A stretch of DNA of 62,760 nucleotides, the filler included, from Chiloscyllium plagiosum (taxonomy: Eukaryota): NCBI RefSeq assembly GCF_004010195.1. It is 3 parts of one record of this genome, joined end to end, with 100 filler letters (N's around TTAATTAATTAA, not from the genome) between each part and the next. Parts side by side here need not be neighbours in the genome. Positions count along the whole stretch, not along the records: positions 1 to 29,747 come from NC_057714.1; 2 more parts are not named here. One strand, given 5' to 3'. Positions within the stretch are counted from its first letter, which is position 1. Each line of letters starts with the position of its first letter. Below the pieces are notes generated by a model. That model did not search any database. It had not been told where the DNA came from and worked only from the letters and a program-made list of their open reading frames with translations. Shown in pieces: positions 12,090-24,737 of this stretch. The position numbers and the translations under genes are program-made.

Positions 12090-13505
12090 TAGATGTGGCT
12101 TGGTGGTAGCATTCCAAGTCAAAAATGTCAAGAGGTCAAATCACATGGCTTACTTAAGTAGTACTGAGGGTGTGTTGCTGTTTTTCAGATGTGATGTTAA
12201 CCTAGGAAACAATTAGCCTTCTAACAGGAAGTAAATGATTGCCCATCATTATTCAAAGCAGAATAGTGTCATAGAGTCACAGAATAGAAACAGACCTTTC
12301 AATCCAACAGTTTTATGTCGATCAATAAATAGCAAACCATACTAATTCCATTTACTTACACTTCTCATCGCAGGCAACGTCCTGGTGAAACTCTTCTGCA
12401 CCTTTTCCAGTGCAATCATGTCCTTCCAATAGTATAGCAATCAGAACTGAACACAATATTCCATCTATAGCCTAACCAATGTTTTATAATGTTGTAACAA
12501 GACCTTGAGATTCTCCTATATTCTACACCCCAACTAATGAAGACAGCCCATGCTGTATGCTTTCTTTACCAGCCTATGTACCAGTTCTAACACCTTCCAG
12601 GATCTATATCTTGTACACCAAGGTCCCTTTGTTCCTCAGCACTCCGTATAGACCACCATTCATTGTGTACATTCTTCCCCTATTTGACCTCCCAAAATGT
12701 ATCACCTCACACTTATCAGGATTAAATTCCATCTGCTTTGCTCTGCCCAATTTACCAGCTCATCAATATCAGACTGCAGCCTGAGACCATCCTCCTCACT
12801 ATCAACAACATCAACAATTTTCCTGTCATCTGCAAACTTACTAATTAAACCATCTACATTCACATCTAGGTCATTAATGTACATAACAAACAGCAACGCT
12901 CCCAGCACTGATCCTTGTGCCACACTGTTGGTCACAGGCTTCCAATCATAAAAACATCCCTCCACCACTGCCCTTTGCCTCCTATCTGTCAGCCAATTTT
13001 GGATCCAGTTTGTCAACTTGCCTTCAATTGCATGGGCACTTACCTTTTAGACCAATCTTCCATGTAGAACCATGTCAAAGGCCTCACTGAAGTCCATGTA
13101 AACCACATCAACGGCACTACCCTTGTCAATATATTTAATCAGCTTTTCAAAAAGCTCAATTCAGTTAGTCAGACAGGATCTCCCTCGATCAAATCTATGT
13201 TGACTATCCCTGATTAATCCCTGTCTTTCCAAGTGTTGATTAATCCAGTCCCTTACAATTGTTTCCAATAATTTCCCCACCACTGACATCAGACTAACTG
13301 GTCTGTAAATACCTAGCGTATTGCTACTGGCCACCTTGTCCTTGCAAAATTGTTTCCTCAACTAACACCCATGGCAGGTAAACTGACCATTTGTCTCATT
13401 GCTGTGTTGTCTTTGCATAAAGACTGCGGCAAAAATTTAATTGGTTGTAATACACTTTGGGGCTTCTTGAAATCATGAAAGGCACAATATAAAAGTTATG
13501 TCTTT
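12090..13505 (+). mobile_element. Deu-domain SINE (SacSINE1/AmnSINE1-like) split by a CR1 insertion
   Basis: GTACTGAGGG...CAGATGTGATGTTAA at about 12160-12200; tail CATTGCTG...CTTTGGG...ATGAAAGGCACAATATAAA resumes at about 13380-13500. Confidence 0.55.
12269..13318 (-). mobile_element. CR1 LINE RT region and 3' end, 5'-truncated
   Basis: YRPVSLMSVVGKLLE, QGSVLGALLFVMYINDL...SKFADD; tail TCTGTGACTCTATGAC. Confidence 0.9.
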
Positions 13506-14177
13506 CTCCTTACACAGAAAGCAGTCATTTAGTTTACTGAATTATACCATTCTGAGCCTTGAGATGGCATGAGGTTGCAATCTGGGATTCTTAATCAGTC
13601 CTACCTTGAGGGAGCAATGGTCTTAATGGCTAAAAACAGTCATTAAAGTTCTTCCTCCACTGGATATTAAATGATTGCAGTCAATACCATGCATGGCACT
13701 TCCTAGCTGATATTAAGCCAGATCTCTTTTTACCTATTCTCACTACCAGAACTCTTCTGCACCTATTGGCATGATCTTTGCTCCTGCTGCCCTTTGGTTC
13801 AGTTTTAAGTACAGACCAGCAATCCCCCACTAATGTTCCCTGCATGGAGATTCATGTTTTGTAATCCTGTCCATCGATATTAAAATTATGCGATGGTCCA
13901 ATTTCTAGCAGCCAGTTTCAAAGCCTTTAAGTGGATAGAAGTTTTTCCCTTCCTCCCACCAATTAAAGCTACAGATTACAGGACACTGAACAGTGGGGTA
14001 AAAATTTGTACCTCTGATTAATCATGTCTTGATGCTGATCTTTGATAACATAATCAGTCATGTTGTGAGCAGGTTTGAGACTCTGGTTTCCAGCACCTGC
14101 AGTCCTTGTTTTTACAATGTTGTAAGCAGGAGCCAACGACATGAACATGTGAAAGGAAAACAACCCATAGGAAGTGT

Positions 14178-14385
14178 TGATTCGGAGATGCCGGTGTTGG
14201 ACTGGGGTGTACAAAGTTAAAAATCACACAACACCAGGTTATAGTCCAACAGGTTTAATTGGAAGCACACTAGCTTTCGGAGCGACGCTCCTTCATCAGG
14301 TGATTGTCACAGAGCGTCGCTCCGAAAGCTAGTGTGCTTCCAATTAAACCTGTTGGACTATAACCTGGTGTTGTGTGATTTTTAA
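14178..14385. mobile_element. Penelope-like fold-back terminal insertion (family B) with 12-bp target-site duplication
   Basis: Perfect 75-bp inverted repeat (14216-14290 and 14312-14386); CATAGGAAGTGT at 14166-14177 and 14386-14397. Confidence 0.88.
14268..14302 (-). ncRNA. Minimal type-I hammerhead ribozyme, intact
   Basis: CAC-CUGAUGA-A-GGAGC(GUC)GCUCC-GAAAG-CUA-GUG: stem I, core, stem II, palindromic AGCU stem III, NUH triplet CUA. Confidence 0.8.
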
Positions 14386-15242
14386 CATAGGAAGTGTATT
14401 TGTAAATTACTCTTGTGTACCGCCTAGCAACTAATCCCAGAGCTGCCTTTGGATCGTCAAGAGCTGCTAAAGTCTCCATCAGGAATAGAGTCAAGAGCCT
14501 TGAAACACAAGAATCAAGCGTCTCAACAGCAAATTTCACAAAAAGAACTTTATGGGCATGAAACTATTAGATTAAACACTTTCTCAAGACTAGGCTGTTA
14601 ACCATTGAGATAACTAAATTTAAGAAACAAAGAAAATAGCTTGTAATACCCTAAGCTCCCAGTGCTGAGGAATTTGTATTTGCTTTAGCTTTGGGGCTGT
14701 TTTTCAATTTAATATAACAAAATCAAAATAAATGAAATCAAGATGGCTTGACATTGTACCAAAGATAAAATCTTGTAGGAAGATTATTTTATTTCAGTTT
14801 TAAATAAGAATTTTGTAAAACAGATTCTTTATTGACATTATAATCCAAACATCATAAAAAATTTTTTTTCCTGGCATTTGTAGTTCAGGGTGATATTATA
14901 CTCTTGATTGGTCTCTGGCTTAGAAAGTAAAATTGGTATTTCCATATGAAGAGGATGTGTTTCTCTGAGCTTGCCCAGGCGCTCTGGTGGTCTGTACATG
15001 AGTTGTTGAAGTAAACACAAAACTGATAAGTTGCTGTACCACAAAAACAACTACTTATGCTTACATAATGCTTTTAATGTAATTAAATCACCCAACTTCC
15101 TTCACAGGAACATTATAAAACAAATTTGACACTGAGCCACATAGGAGATGTAACTTCACAAGACCAAAATATTCATTAAAATGCAAACATTTTATGAAGT
15201 GTCTGAAAGGAAGAAAGAAAGATAGATAGCGAGGTACAGAGG

Positions 15243-15330
15243 TTTAATCCACAATCTTCCCCTTTTGTTTCCCCTTATTTGTATATTTTAATCCACAATC
15301 TTCCCCTTTTGTTTCCCCTTATTTGTATAT
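15243..15330. repeat. Perfect tandem duplication, 2 x 44 bp
   Basis: TTTAATCCACAATCTTCCCCTTTTGTTTCCCCTTATTTGTATAT repeated head to tail. Confidence 0.95.
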
Positions 15331-15939
15331 TTTTTTCACAGAATAAACCTCAATGAACATTGTTCATTTGAATGATGACAAGTATGGTGCAGGTTTGATG
15401 TAAAGGTGGCTCTGTTTTGTCCCACAATCTGAGTACTCCTTGCTGGAACACACTAATATTCCCATTCGTCACTGGCCATTCCCTGAACAACAGTACTGTA
15501 AATTAAATCTGTAAGTTAACCCTAGATCTGATGTGTTATGTCTAAAGAGGTATGTTTTGTCTTTGGCTGCTGAAATCAACTTCATCAGTACTTCCTCTGA
15601 TGAAGCCAAACATATTAGCCTGAATTCTTGCTCTCATGTTGGGAGAGCAGAGCTGGGATAATTCTTGTCTCCACAAATCCGACCTGGGAAAATGTGCCTT
15701 GGAGATTCAGATTCTCATTGGGGGAGGCATCTGTATTTTATTGGGATAGTGACTCTTGCCCCACGGAGAGTTCATAGGCGGCTGGCTGTTGGGTGCAGGG
15801 ACAGACTGTGCGAAAAATCAATCAGCATTCTTGGATATTACTGCAGCTGTAAAAACAAATAATCAACGAATAGCCCTTCAACTCTCACCATCTCCCAATA
15901 CTCCTCATGACAACACACGAACTCCTCAGAGCTCTCATT

Positions 15940-16380
15940 CCTTCCATGTCAAGCTATGCCCATCTATCCAACCCTTCCAAACCAGGCAACATCATGGGAT
16001 ATCGTTTCTATCCCCTCTCGAAAGCCTCCACGTGCTTCTTGTAGTGTGGTGACCAGAACTGCAGAATATTCCAATTGTAGCCGATCTAAAGTTCATACAG
16101 GTACAACATGGCATGCCAAGTTTTATACTCCATTCCCCAACTGATGAAGGCAAGCATTCTATATGTCTCCTTGACCACCTTATCCACTTGTGTTGCCACT
16201 TTCCGTGAACCTGTACGCCTAGATCCTTCTCAATGTTGATGCTACTAAGGGTTCTGCCATTTTCTGTATACTTACCTCCTACATCTTCCAAAATGCATCA
16301 CCTCGTACTTGTCCGGATTAAACTCCATCTGCCATTTCTCTGCCCAGGTCTCCAGTCAATCTATACCATGCTGTATTCTT
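15940..16380 (-). mobile_element. CR1 RT C-terminal fragment
   Basis: Antisense W(A)EKWQMEFNPDKYEVMHFG, EKDLGVQV. Confidence 0.85.
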
Positions 16381-16870
16381 CTTAATGACCTACTACAGCT
16401 ATCTAAGTAGCTCCTAAATTCCAACTTCCAAACTTAGCACAAAGCTGCAACACTATACCAACATCTCAGAAGTTGTAAATGAGGAAAATTTCAAAGCATT
16501 GGGATTGTAGTGTTTTAGCCAAGCTTTCTTTCCAAAGGACCTTGTACATACCTGTGAGATGTGAGCAGGTTTTCCTAGAATCAGCCAACTTTGTGCAGTG
16601 ACTACAATCCCTGCATTGCCAGGGATTGCTATAGGCTGCATATGTTTACTGAAATAATCTGAACTCAGATCCTGGGAACAATACTGATGCATCAAGCTCT
16701 TAAAGTCATGTCAGATTTCTGAAACAGGACATTTATAGACAAAGCACATTGAAGCTCAGAACTAGAAGAAATTAATAGAAAAAGAACAATCCTCAAGCAG
16801 TAGTGAAAGACATTTTTCATCAGAAAGCTATGAAATGCAGTAAGGGATCCAAGCTAAAACTAACATTGCG

Positions 16871-17005
16871 TTAGATTAGATTAGATTCTCTACAGTGTGA
16901 AAACAAGCCCTTCGACCCAACAAGTCCACACCAACCCTCCAAACAGTAACCCACCCAGACCTATTTCTCTCTGACTAATGCACCTAACAGAATGGGCAAT
17001 TTAGC
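16871..17005 (-). mobile_element. HE1 SINE 3' part
   Basis: (TTAGA)n tail and similarity to the full copies at 35704-36020 and 39460-39768. Confidence 0.8.
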
Positions 17006-17734
17006 TAAAATTTTTAGAAAATTCAAGATCGTAATGTTCATAACATTCTATCTCTCCACCCTGACCTCAGGTCATCTGCTCCCGAAATGCTTAACAATAT
17101 CTGTTAACTCTAGATTCAACTAATTCACTGCTCTTCTTGATCATATTCACAAATTGCACTCTCCATAAACTTAAGCTAACCTGAAACACTGATTATCAAA
17201 GATTTCTAAAATGGTCCACAAAATAATGTAAATATGCTTACTGAGCAAGTCTGGCTTTATGACTGGATGACCACACAGGGCAGATGGCCAGGGTGAATGG
17301 GGCTGATTAGGGAATCAAGGTGAGTGAATGGTCCAATCTCAGGGAGGAGTGGAGTACCATTGCCCTGTATGTAATACTGAGTGGGCCTGCTGTCTCTCTT
17401 CAGGGATTTGTGGTGGTGTGGTGGTGGGGTGAGGGGGTGGGGGTGAAGAGTGGGTGGGTGGTAGAAAGTTGGTAGCTTACATAGAGGAGAAAGGTACAAA
17501 AATCAAGTAGCTGTAGATATCACAAAACCATGGACATGGCTGCCATGATGCAGTCAGAACTTTTCGTGGGGGTGGAGTGCTTCTTAAGTACTTAAACTCA
17601 AGGGATACGCAAGTACAAAAACCCAAGGTGCCATATTCCATAAGATTACAGAATACAAATGTGAAATCACCCCATTACACGATACAGACAGTATTAAACA
17701 TTTGGATTGAAGGTATATGATGATTAAGTAAAAA

Positions 17735-18063
17735 GGTAAAAACAATGACTGCAGATGCTGGAAACCAGATTCTAGATTAAAGTGGTGCTGGAAATGCACA
17801 GCAGTTCAGGCAGCATCCGAGGCACAGTAAAATTGACATTTCGGGCAAAAGAGTGCCTGAAGGGTGGAGAGATAAATGAGTTTGGAACTGGGGTGAGGTG
17901 GGGGAAGGGGAAATGAGAAAACTGTTGAAGTCCACATTGATGCCCTGTGGTTGCAGAAGATGAGGCGTTCTTCCTTCAGGCGTCGGGTGGTCAGGGAGCG
18001 GCGGTGAAGGAGGCCCAGGACCTCCATGTCCTCGGCAGAATGGGAGGGGGAGTTGAAATGATG
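17735..18063 (-). mobile_element. Penelope-like element 3' fragment (GIY-YIG C-terminus plus pLTR)
   Basis: HHFNSPSHSAEDMEVLGLLH...TRRLKEERLIF. Confidence 0.85.
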
Positions 18064-18321
18064 ATTAACCCATTTGAAAAGGAATCCTTCAACCAAAACT
18101 GTTTAAGATCCACTGATCTCACCTGGTAAAGTGCCTTTCACCCATTGCCCCTTGCTTGCTGACCTTTATTGGTTTCAGGGTTGGAAAAGCTACTGTTTTA
18201 CAAATTTAATCCTCGCTTTTAAATTCACCTGTTGCCTCATCCTTCCCACCTCTGAGATATCTATCAACCTTACAACCCTCCAACATCACTGTGTCCCTCT
18301 AAGTATGACTTTTTGCCATAG

Positions 18322-18552
18322 AGTTGAAAAAAGAAAAGATAATTGCATCTTTTTTTGTTCTTACAGTGGAACCAGGCTGGAACAGAGGTCTTCTCCCCAG
18401 CTCTACCATACTTCCATTTGCTGCTGTAGACCACCCCAACTACTTCCAACATCCTCAGCTGGGACTCACCTGAGGACCTGTTAAACAAAAGGCTAAAACC
18501 TCAACCTGACAGAAAGGTGGGATGACTGTCAGAATATTTAGATGAGGATTTC
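18322..18552 (-). repeat. Unclassified interspersed repeat (copy of 11090-11292)
   Basis: Reverse complement aligns with 11090-11292. Confidence 0.75.
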
Positions 18553-18559
18553 CACTATT

Positions 18560-18802
18560 AGGGGCCATGTCTTCAGCAGCCAAGTCCCAAGCTGGAATTC
18601 CTTCCCTTAGCCTTTTCACATCTGCATTTCTCTCTCGTTCTTTAAGATGGCCCTCAAAATATTTCTCTTTATGCAAACATTTGGTCACCTGTCCTAAAAG
18701 ATCTTTATACTGTGTACTTAACTTTGTTTGATAGCTCTCCTACATTACACCTTGGGATGTTTTGTTGCATTGAATGTGCTGTATAAATGAAACTTGTTAT
18801 TG
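18560..18802 (+). mobile_element. L2-type LINE 3' end
   Basis: CTGGAATTCCTTCCC...TTTAAGA...CCTTGGGATGTTT...TGCTGTATAAATGAAAC terminal pattern. Confidence 0.55.
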
Positions 18803-19026
18803 GAAGGGAAAATACAGATATTGATGATTAAATTACAAACAGAAAATGCTGGGAACACTCTGCAGGTTAGACAGAGAGAAGAAATAACCTTTTTTAAAGA
18901 GGGAGCTACAATAGCCAATTTGCATACCAACTCCCACATAACAGTGAGACAAATGGCAAATTAAAATACTTCTGTGGTGTTGATTAAGGGATTAGCATCA
19001 CGCAGAACTTCGGAACTCCTCTGTTC

Positions 19027-19235
19027 TTAGAATCCCTACAGTGTGGAAGCAGGCCATTCGGCCCATTTAGTCCACACTTATCCTCCGAAGAGCAGCCCAC
19101 CAGACTCAGCCCCCTACCCCATCCCTGCAATCCAGCATTTCCCATGGCTAATCCACCTAACCTGCACATCCCTGGACACTACTGGCAACTTAGCATGGCC
19201 AATCCATCTTAACCTGCACATCTTTGGTCTGTGGG
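19027..19235 (-). mobile_element. HE1-type SINE, 3' two-thirds
   Basis: Antisense V-domain/tail sequence CACAGACCAAAGATGTGCAGG...GGCCATGCTAAGTTGCC. Confidence 0.8.
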
Positions 19236-20269
19236 GTAAATCAAATCTTTATTGATGAAGTGGCAGAACTGTGGCACTAATATCTGTAAGACTTCAAGAT
19301 CCAATGAATAGAAGCTGCAATTGAATACCTACTTGGGAGATGCACTGCTTCAGATTCTACAATCTAGTTGATCAAAAGAGAATTTGTGCAAAGACAAGAA
19401 ATTGCAGTTAAAGCACCTGGGTTTATTTTTTGATGCCAAAGCACATGAAAAGATTCTTAATTTGCTGCCGTGCATGCCAAACTATCTGCTAACCCAATGT
19501 ATTTATCACTAAATTGCTTAATTCAACACTGTTGGATATTGGAATATTTCTTACAATGGAAAGTGCAACAGTTTGGTCCCCTTATCTAAGGAAAATCAAT
19601 TACATCCACCTGAAAATGCAGGTGAGGCCTTGGACTACTGTCAAATAAAGTTATGTGCTCAAGTCTCCAGAGTGGAGCTTGATCTCAGAACAGTGTTGCT
19701 CAGATGTAACAGTATAACTCTGGGCTACAGCTTAACCTAGTTTGTGTATTCAGCCTATTTACAAGAATTCAGAATGCAGACCAAATTTTGTTAAAAAGTT
19801 TGCATGTCTGGACATGATTTTGCTATCTTAGCTTTATCTAAAATAGTTTGTATACACATGGGAATAAAATGCAGTAACTTCCCATCATAAAGGTTAATCA
19901 CTTCCTTCTGCATATGCACAGCAATTAAGGCCTACAGGCAAGAGATTTGTGTTCTGCTGAATCGTCTCTTTTTTTCTATTAGAAGTTGAAGGGGTATTAT
20001 AATTCTGTGGGTATTGATTTTAAAGTTGCAAATTCTTCACCATTTTAAATTTTCTGTTGCTCACTGACGTCTTCCAACATGGTTTTTAGCACAACTATCT
20101 TGTTTGCGTTTACCCTCTCAAATTTGTGAGAAGAAGAACAAGGATTTAACCCAGTAAAGACCAGATTTGTTTTTCTTTAATAAAACACAGATTTCTTGTT
20201 TGCTGGCACCAATAATGCACTGATAATAGCTGACAGTGCAAACTCCCCTCTTGTTTTTCTCAGTCTGCG

Positions 20270-22330
20270 CATCTGATAATTCTCAATTCCCCTTTCCTGC
20301 TCTTTCTCCATAACCCTGATTCCTTTATTAATTAAAAATGTTTTCCTCAGTTCCGAGTATACATATTGTTCTGCATTCAACAGCTTTCTGCAGTAAAAGA
20401 CTTCCACAGAGTCCCTTCCCTCTGAAGAAAAAATCCTACACATCTCTATCTGGACTGGACAAACCCCCTAGACTGAAGTGGTGGCCTCTGGTCTCTGACT
20501 GTCCCACAAGGGGAAACAATTTCTCAGAATGTACCGTCAAGCCCCAAAGAATCTTAGCATGTTTTAATAAGGTCAAAATCACACAATACCAGGTTATAGT
20601 CTAAAAGGTTTATTTGGAAGTACAAGCCTTCGGAGCACTGCTCCTTCATCAGGTAGCTAGTGGGACAGGACACAGAATTTATATTAAAAGATCAAAGTGT
20701 CATACAACAGATCCAATGTATTGAACAAATCTGGATTGCTGGTCTAGATCTGCAAATCTGGTCATTAGTCACTTAGAATGGGTTGCAGGTTTCGATTCAT
20801 TAATATGTAAATCCCAAACCTTTTTTCAAGTCACATTCCTGAGGTAACAACGATTTATTAAAAATAAGTGACATCTCAGCTCAGACAATGCATTAAAGGT
20901 GTGAGGTTAGAGTTTGTCTTGAGTCAGACTGGTACAATCACAACCGTGTTGTGGCAACCACTGCAAGATGTGTCATAGTGTCAACATGGATACTACCGTT
21001 ACATGTGGGGACACCACCCACCACGTTCAAGGCAGGTGACTCCGCCAATGTTGTGTATCTCTTATGCTGCAGGCAAGAATGCCCCAAGGCATGGTACATT
21101 GGCGAGACCGAGTAGACACTACGACAACAGATGGATGGATGCTGCGTGGTACGCATGAGGATGGCCCCAAGCGGGATCTCGGGTTCATCTCACATTGCAG
21201 GTGACCCCACTACACTACACACTTCACATACACACAAGTATGTACGCACACACAGACCCTCTATCATGCACACGCTTTCTCCCAGACACGCATGCACACA
21301 CACTCACATGCACACCCTCATCAGACATATACTCCATCATATTTGCGTACACACACTCAAAAATTCTCCCCCTCTCTCTCAGACACACACACACACACAC
21401 ACACACAGACGCACACACTCTCAGTTTCTCCCCCCATATGCGCGCACACACGTACATCAATAGAATAAAATTGCATTTGCACATGCATTCTATTTTGTTC
21501 ATAAAGCACACAATCTGTAGGCAGTCAGTCTATGTGACTTTTTATCAATTCCTACTTTGGAAATAGAACCAATCTGATTCAAGGTTGGGATACAGACTCT
21601 AACCTCACACCTTTAATGCAATGTCTGAGCTGAGATGTCACTTTTTCTTTAATAAAGCCTTAAGTTATCTTGAAAAGTGACTTGAAAGAAGTTCTGGGAT
21701 TTACGTATGAACAAACCAAAACCAGCAATCCCATTCTAAATGATTAAAGACTGAACAGCAATCTAGGTTTGTTCAATGAATCGCATCAGTTGTATGACAC
21801 TTTGATCTTTTACTATAAATTCTTTGTCCTATGATCCTCCCCCACTACCTACCTGACAATGGAGCAGCGCTCTGAAAGTTTATACTTCCAAATAAACTTG
21901 GACTATAACGTGGTATTGTGTGATTTTCAACTTTGTCCACCCCAGAGAACACCGGCTCCCCCATATCATTAATAAGGTTGATTCTCATTCTTTCACACTC
22001 CAATCAGTGCAGGCCCAACCAACAGAATCTCTCCTCTTAGGAAAACCCCTCCATTCCCATGCACAACCCAGTGAACCTCCCTGAACAGCCTGCAATGCCA
22101 GTATACATACTTTTAACCAACTGGGTCAGATGTGTTATGACACACTATTGGAGCAGGTGGGCCTTATTGGTCAGATGTATCACTGCACTCCAAGAGCCCC
22201 TCCAATGTCAGGACATAAAGGGGACAAAATTATTGCACTTTGATTGGAAGAAATATTCCAATATCCAATCATTTTTGGAAATTGGAAGACTTCCCCAATG
22301 CTTTGGCATCAAAATATAAACCCAATTTGA
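20270..22330 (-). mobile_element. Old CR1 3' region, host to a Penelope insertion
   Basis: CR1-like antisense sequence at 20270-20573 continues colinearly from 21969. Confidence 0.65.
20574..21968 (+). mobile_element. Penelope-like element (family B-related) with inverted 5' copy of its terminal region and 10-bp TSD
   Basis: GIY-YIG remnant CKMC...SANVVYLLCCRQECPKAWYIGET at about 20945-21140; 20574-20935 is the reverse complement of about 21565-21930; TTAATAAGGT at 20564-20573 and 21969-21978; degenerate hammerheads at 20624-20652(-) and 21853-21881(+). Confidence 0.88.
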
Positions 22331-23011
22331 CTACAATATCAAATCTTTGCACACATTCTCTTTTGATCAACTGGGTTGTAGAATCTGAAGGAGTGCAACT
22401 TCCAAATAGAACATGGGTTGCAGCTTCTATTCACTGGATCTTGAAGTCTTATCGATAGTAGAGCCACAGTTCAGTCACTCCAATGAACATTTGATTTAAA
22501 CTAATGAATCTTTCAAAGCAGTGTTCGTGGTAAATCAGATGATTGGCTGTTGAAAATGACAGAAGCATTATATCATACACAATCTATTATTCTGTTAAAG
22601 CTGATGAACAGTATATTTACATTGGCCTCTCCTTTAAAACCACAAAACCTAATTTCTTGAAGTAAGTACAGCTGCAGGGCGATCAATGTTTAATTGCTGT
22701 TTAATGGGGCTGGTTTATAGATTAGAAAGTAGCAGTAAATTCCAGATTAGAAACAAGCAGAATCAAAGGATTGCCTTCCCTTCTCTATTTTATACATAAT
22801 AATCACATTTGATGTGAAAATTGGCTAGAAGGCTGAAGATTTCATATACAACGTCATAGAAACTGAGGGTTAAATTGAATAACTTGTTAAAATGGACCTG
22901 GGGATTATGGGATGTAATCACTCCAGGGTTGATCTTTATGGACTAGATTTTACCCACTCCTGAGGGATGAGGGGTGAGAAACACAGGATGGGAAGGCCTA
23001 TAGAATTGCAG

Positions 23012-23150
23012 AGTTAAAAATCACACAACACCAGGTTATAGACCAACAGGTTTATTTGGAAGCACTAGCTTTCAGAGCACTGCTCCTTCATCCTGATGTT
23101 GTGTGATTTTTAACTTTGTCCACCTCAGTCCAACACTGGCTCCTCCACAT
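23012..23150. mobile_element. Penelope-like short fold-back terminal fragment (family B)
   Basis: Antisense arm 23012-23092 switches strand inside the hammerhead core; sense arm about 23095-23150. Confidence 0.8.
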
Positions 23151-24419
23151 TATAAAATGCCAAGTTAAATGTTTGCTGTCTTTCTGCCGCCATGTCATTT
23201 TACAAGTAGCAGGTGACCCTTATACCCAGAGGCCAATTAAAGGCATCTTTTGGTCACTGCTGACATGTTACTGTGGCCACCATCCCAGGTGAGGATGCTG
23301 AACTGCTGCCTCTCAGCCTGGATAGGAGGTCTCCAGGCAGATGACTGTCCCAAGTTGTAGCCAATTAATTAGCAGCCGTTGGCAGGGTGTGATCCTGTTC
23401 ACACCAGCCACTGAAAAGAGTTTGCTTCCTTACTTTCAGGCCTGTTGTGGGACCCTTGCCGTCACCAGTAAACCTAGCTCTACATTGAAAATAGCATCTT
23501 AACTTGATGCTGCCATCACTTCCAAATAAATGCTGCAAGCAACCAACTTTAGTCAGGCTGTTCATTAGCTTTGTGCATTACAGAGGGAGCTACATTACAT
23601 CATGGATTGCCCTCTTCTATCCTAGCCTCTAAGTCGTGTGCAGTGGTAGTTTCTGGGTAGGTGACTGTGATTGTGAGATTGACTGATGTTGTCTCCTCAT
23701 CTTCACTGTTTCTTTCATTTTTTTTCCCTTTGACTGGAAAGGTCCTAGTTCTTGGTAAGTGAAATGAAACGAGACAAGAATTGCGTTGTAGTGAAAATGT
23801 GTGCTTACACTATCTTTATGTGTCAGCAGGGACCATGTGATGAGGGAGAAGTGGGAAGAGAGAACAAGACTGAAGTATGCACATTCTCCCATCACCAATC
23901 CCTCGAGTGCTGTCAGCAGCCATGACCTCTTCTTTGCACTCTTTCTTTCATTGGATGAGAGAGTTGCTGGCAAGATCAATATTTGTGTGCTCAGTCCTCG
24001 TAATATCTGTTCACAGGCTGCCCAGCAATGGCTCATAACGGGGAGCTGTGCTTGTCCTCCTGTTGCTCTCTGTCACATGCCACCTTCTATGTTGCAAGTT
24101 CATATATTTGCATTAACAGGTATGAATACTGTTCTTAAAGGGGAGTTCCATGTTTCTACAGAACAGCAACAACTTGATGCCAGCAATTGAAGATTGCCAG
24201 GTACCCTTGCCAGATATGCCTCGAATGGAATAATAATATTTGTAATAGTAACCACAAAACTACTGGATTGTCATAAAAACTCACCTAGTTTATTAATATC
24301 CTTCATGGAAACAAATCTGCCTTTCTTAGCTTGTCCAGTGTAAAGACTGCATTTTGTTATTTTACTTCAGTTGTGATTCTAATCTGAATTCAGAAAAGGA
24401 CAGTTTTACAGCAATGGAC

Positions 24420-24737
24420 TGTGGGGTCGGGGAGTCCAGAACTAGAGGGCATAGGTTTAGTGTGAGAGGGGAAAGATATAAAAGAGACCTAAGGGGCAAC
24501 TTTTTCACGCAGAGGGTGATACGTGTATGGAATGAGCTGCCAGAGGATGTGGTGGAGGCTGGTACAATTGCAACATTTAAGAGGCATTTGGATGGGTCTA
24601 TGAATAGGAAGGGTTTGGAGGGATATGGGCCGGGTGCTGGCAGGTGGGACTAGATTGGGTTGGGATATCTGGTTGGCATGGACAGGTTGGACCGAAGGGT
24701 CTGTTTCCATGCTGTACATCTCTATGACTCTATGACT
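24420..24737 (+). mobile_element. CR1 (HER1-like) 3' end
   Basis: GESRTRGHRF...FFTQRVIRVWNELP; tail TCTATGACTCTATGAC. Confidence 0.92.

Noticed and set aside
15660..15865. Strong minus-strand splice acceptor TTATTTGTTTTTACAG
   Set aside because: All three downstream frames stop within about 10 codons and there is no other support; a non-coding exon cannot be excluded
21131..21566. His/Thr-rich and Cys/Val-rich ORFs
   Set aside because: Translation of CA-rich low-complexity sequence inside a Penelope element
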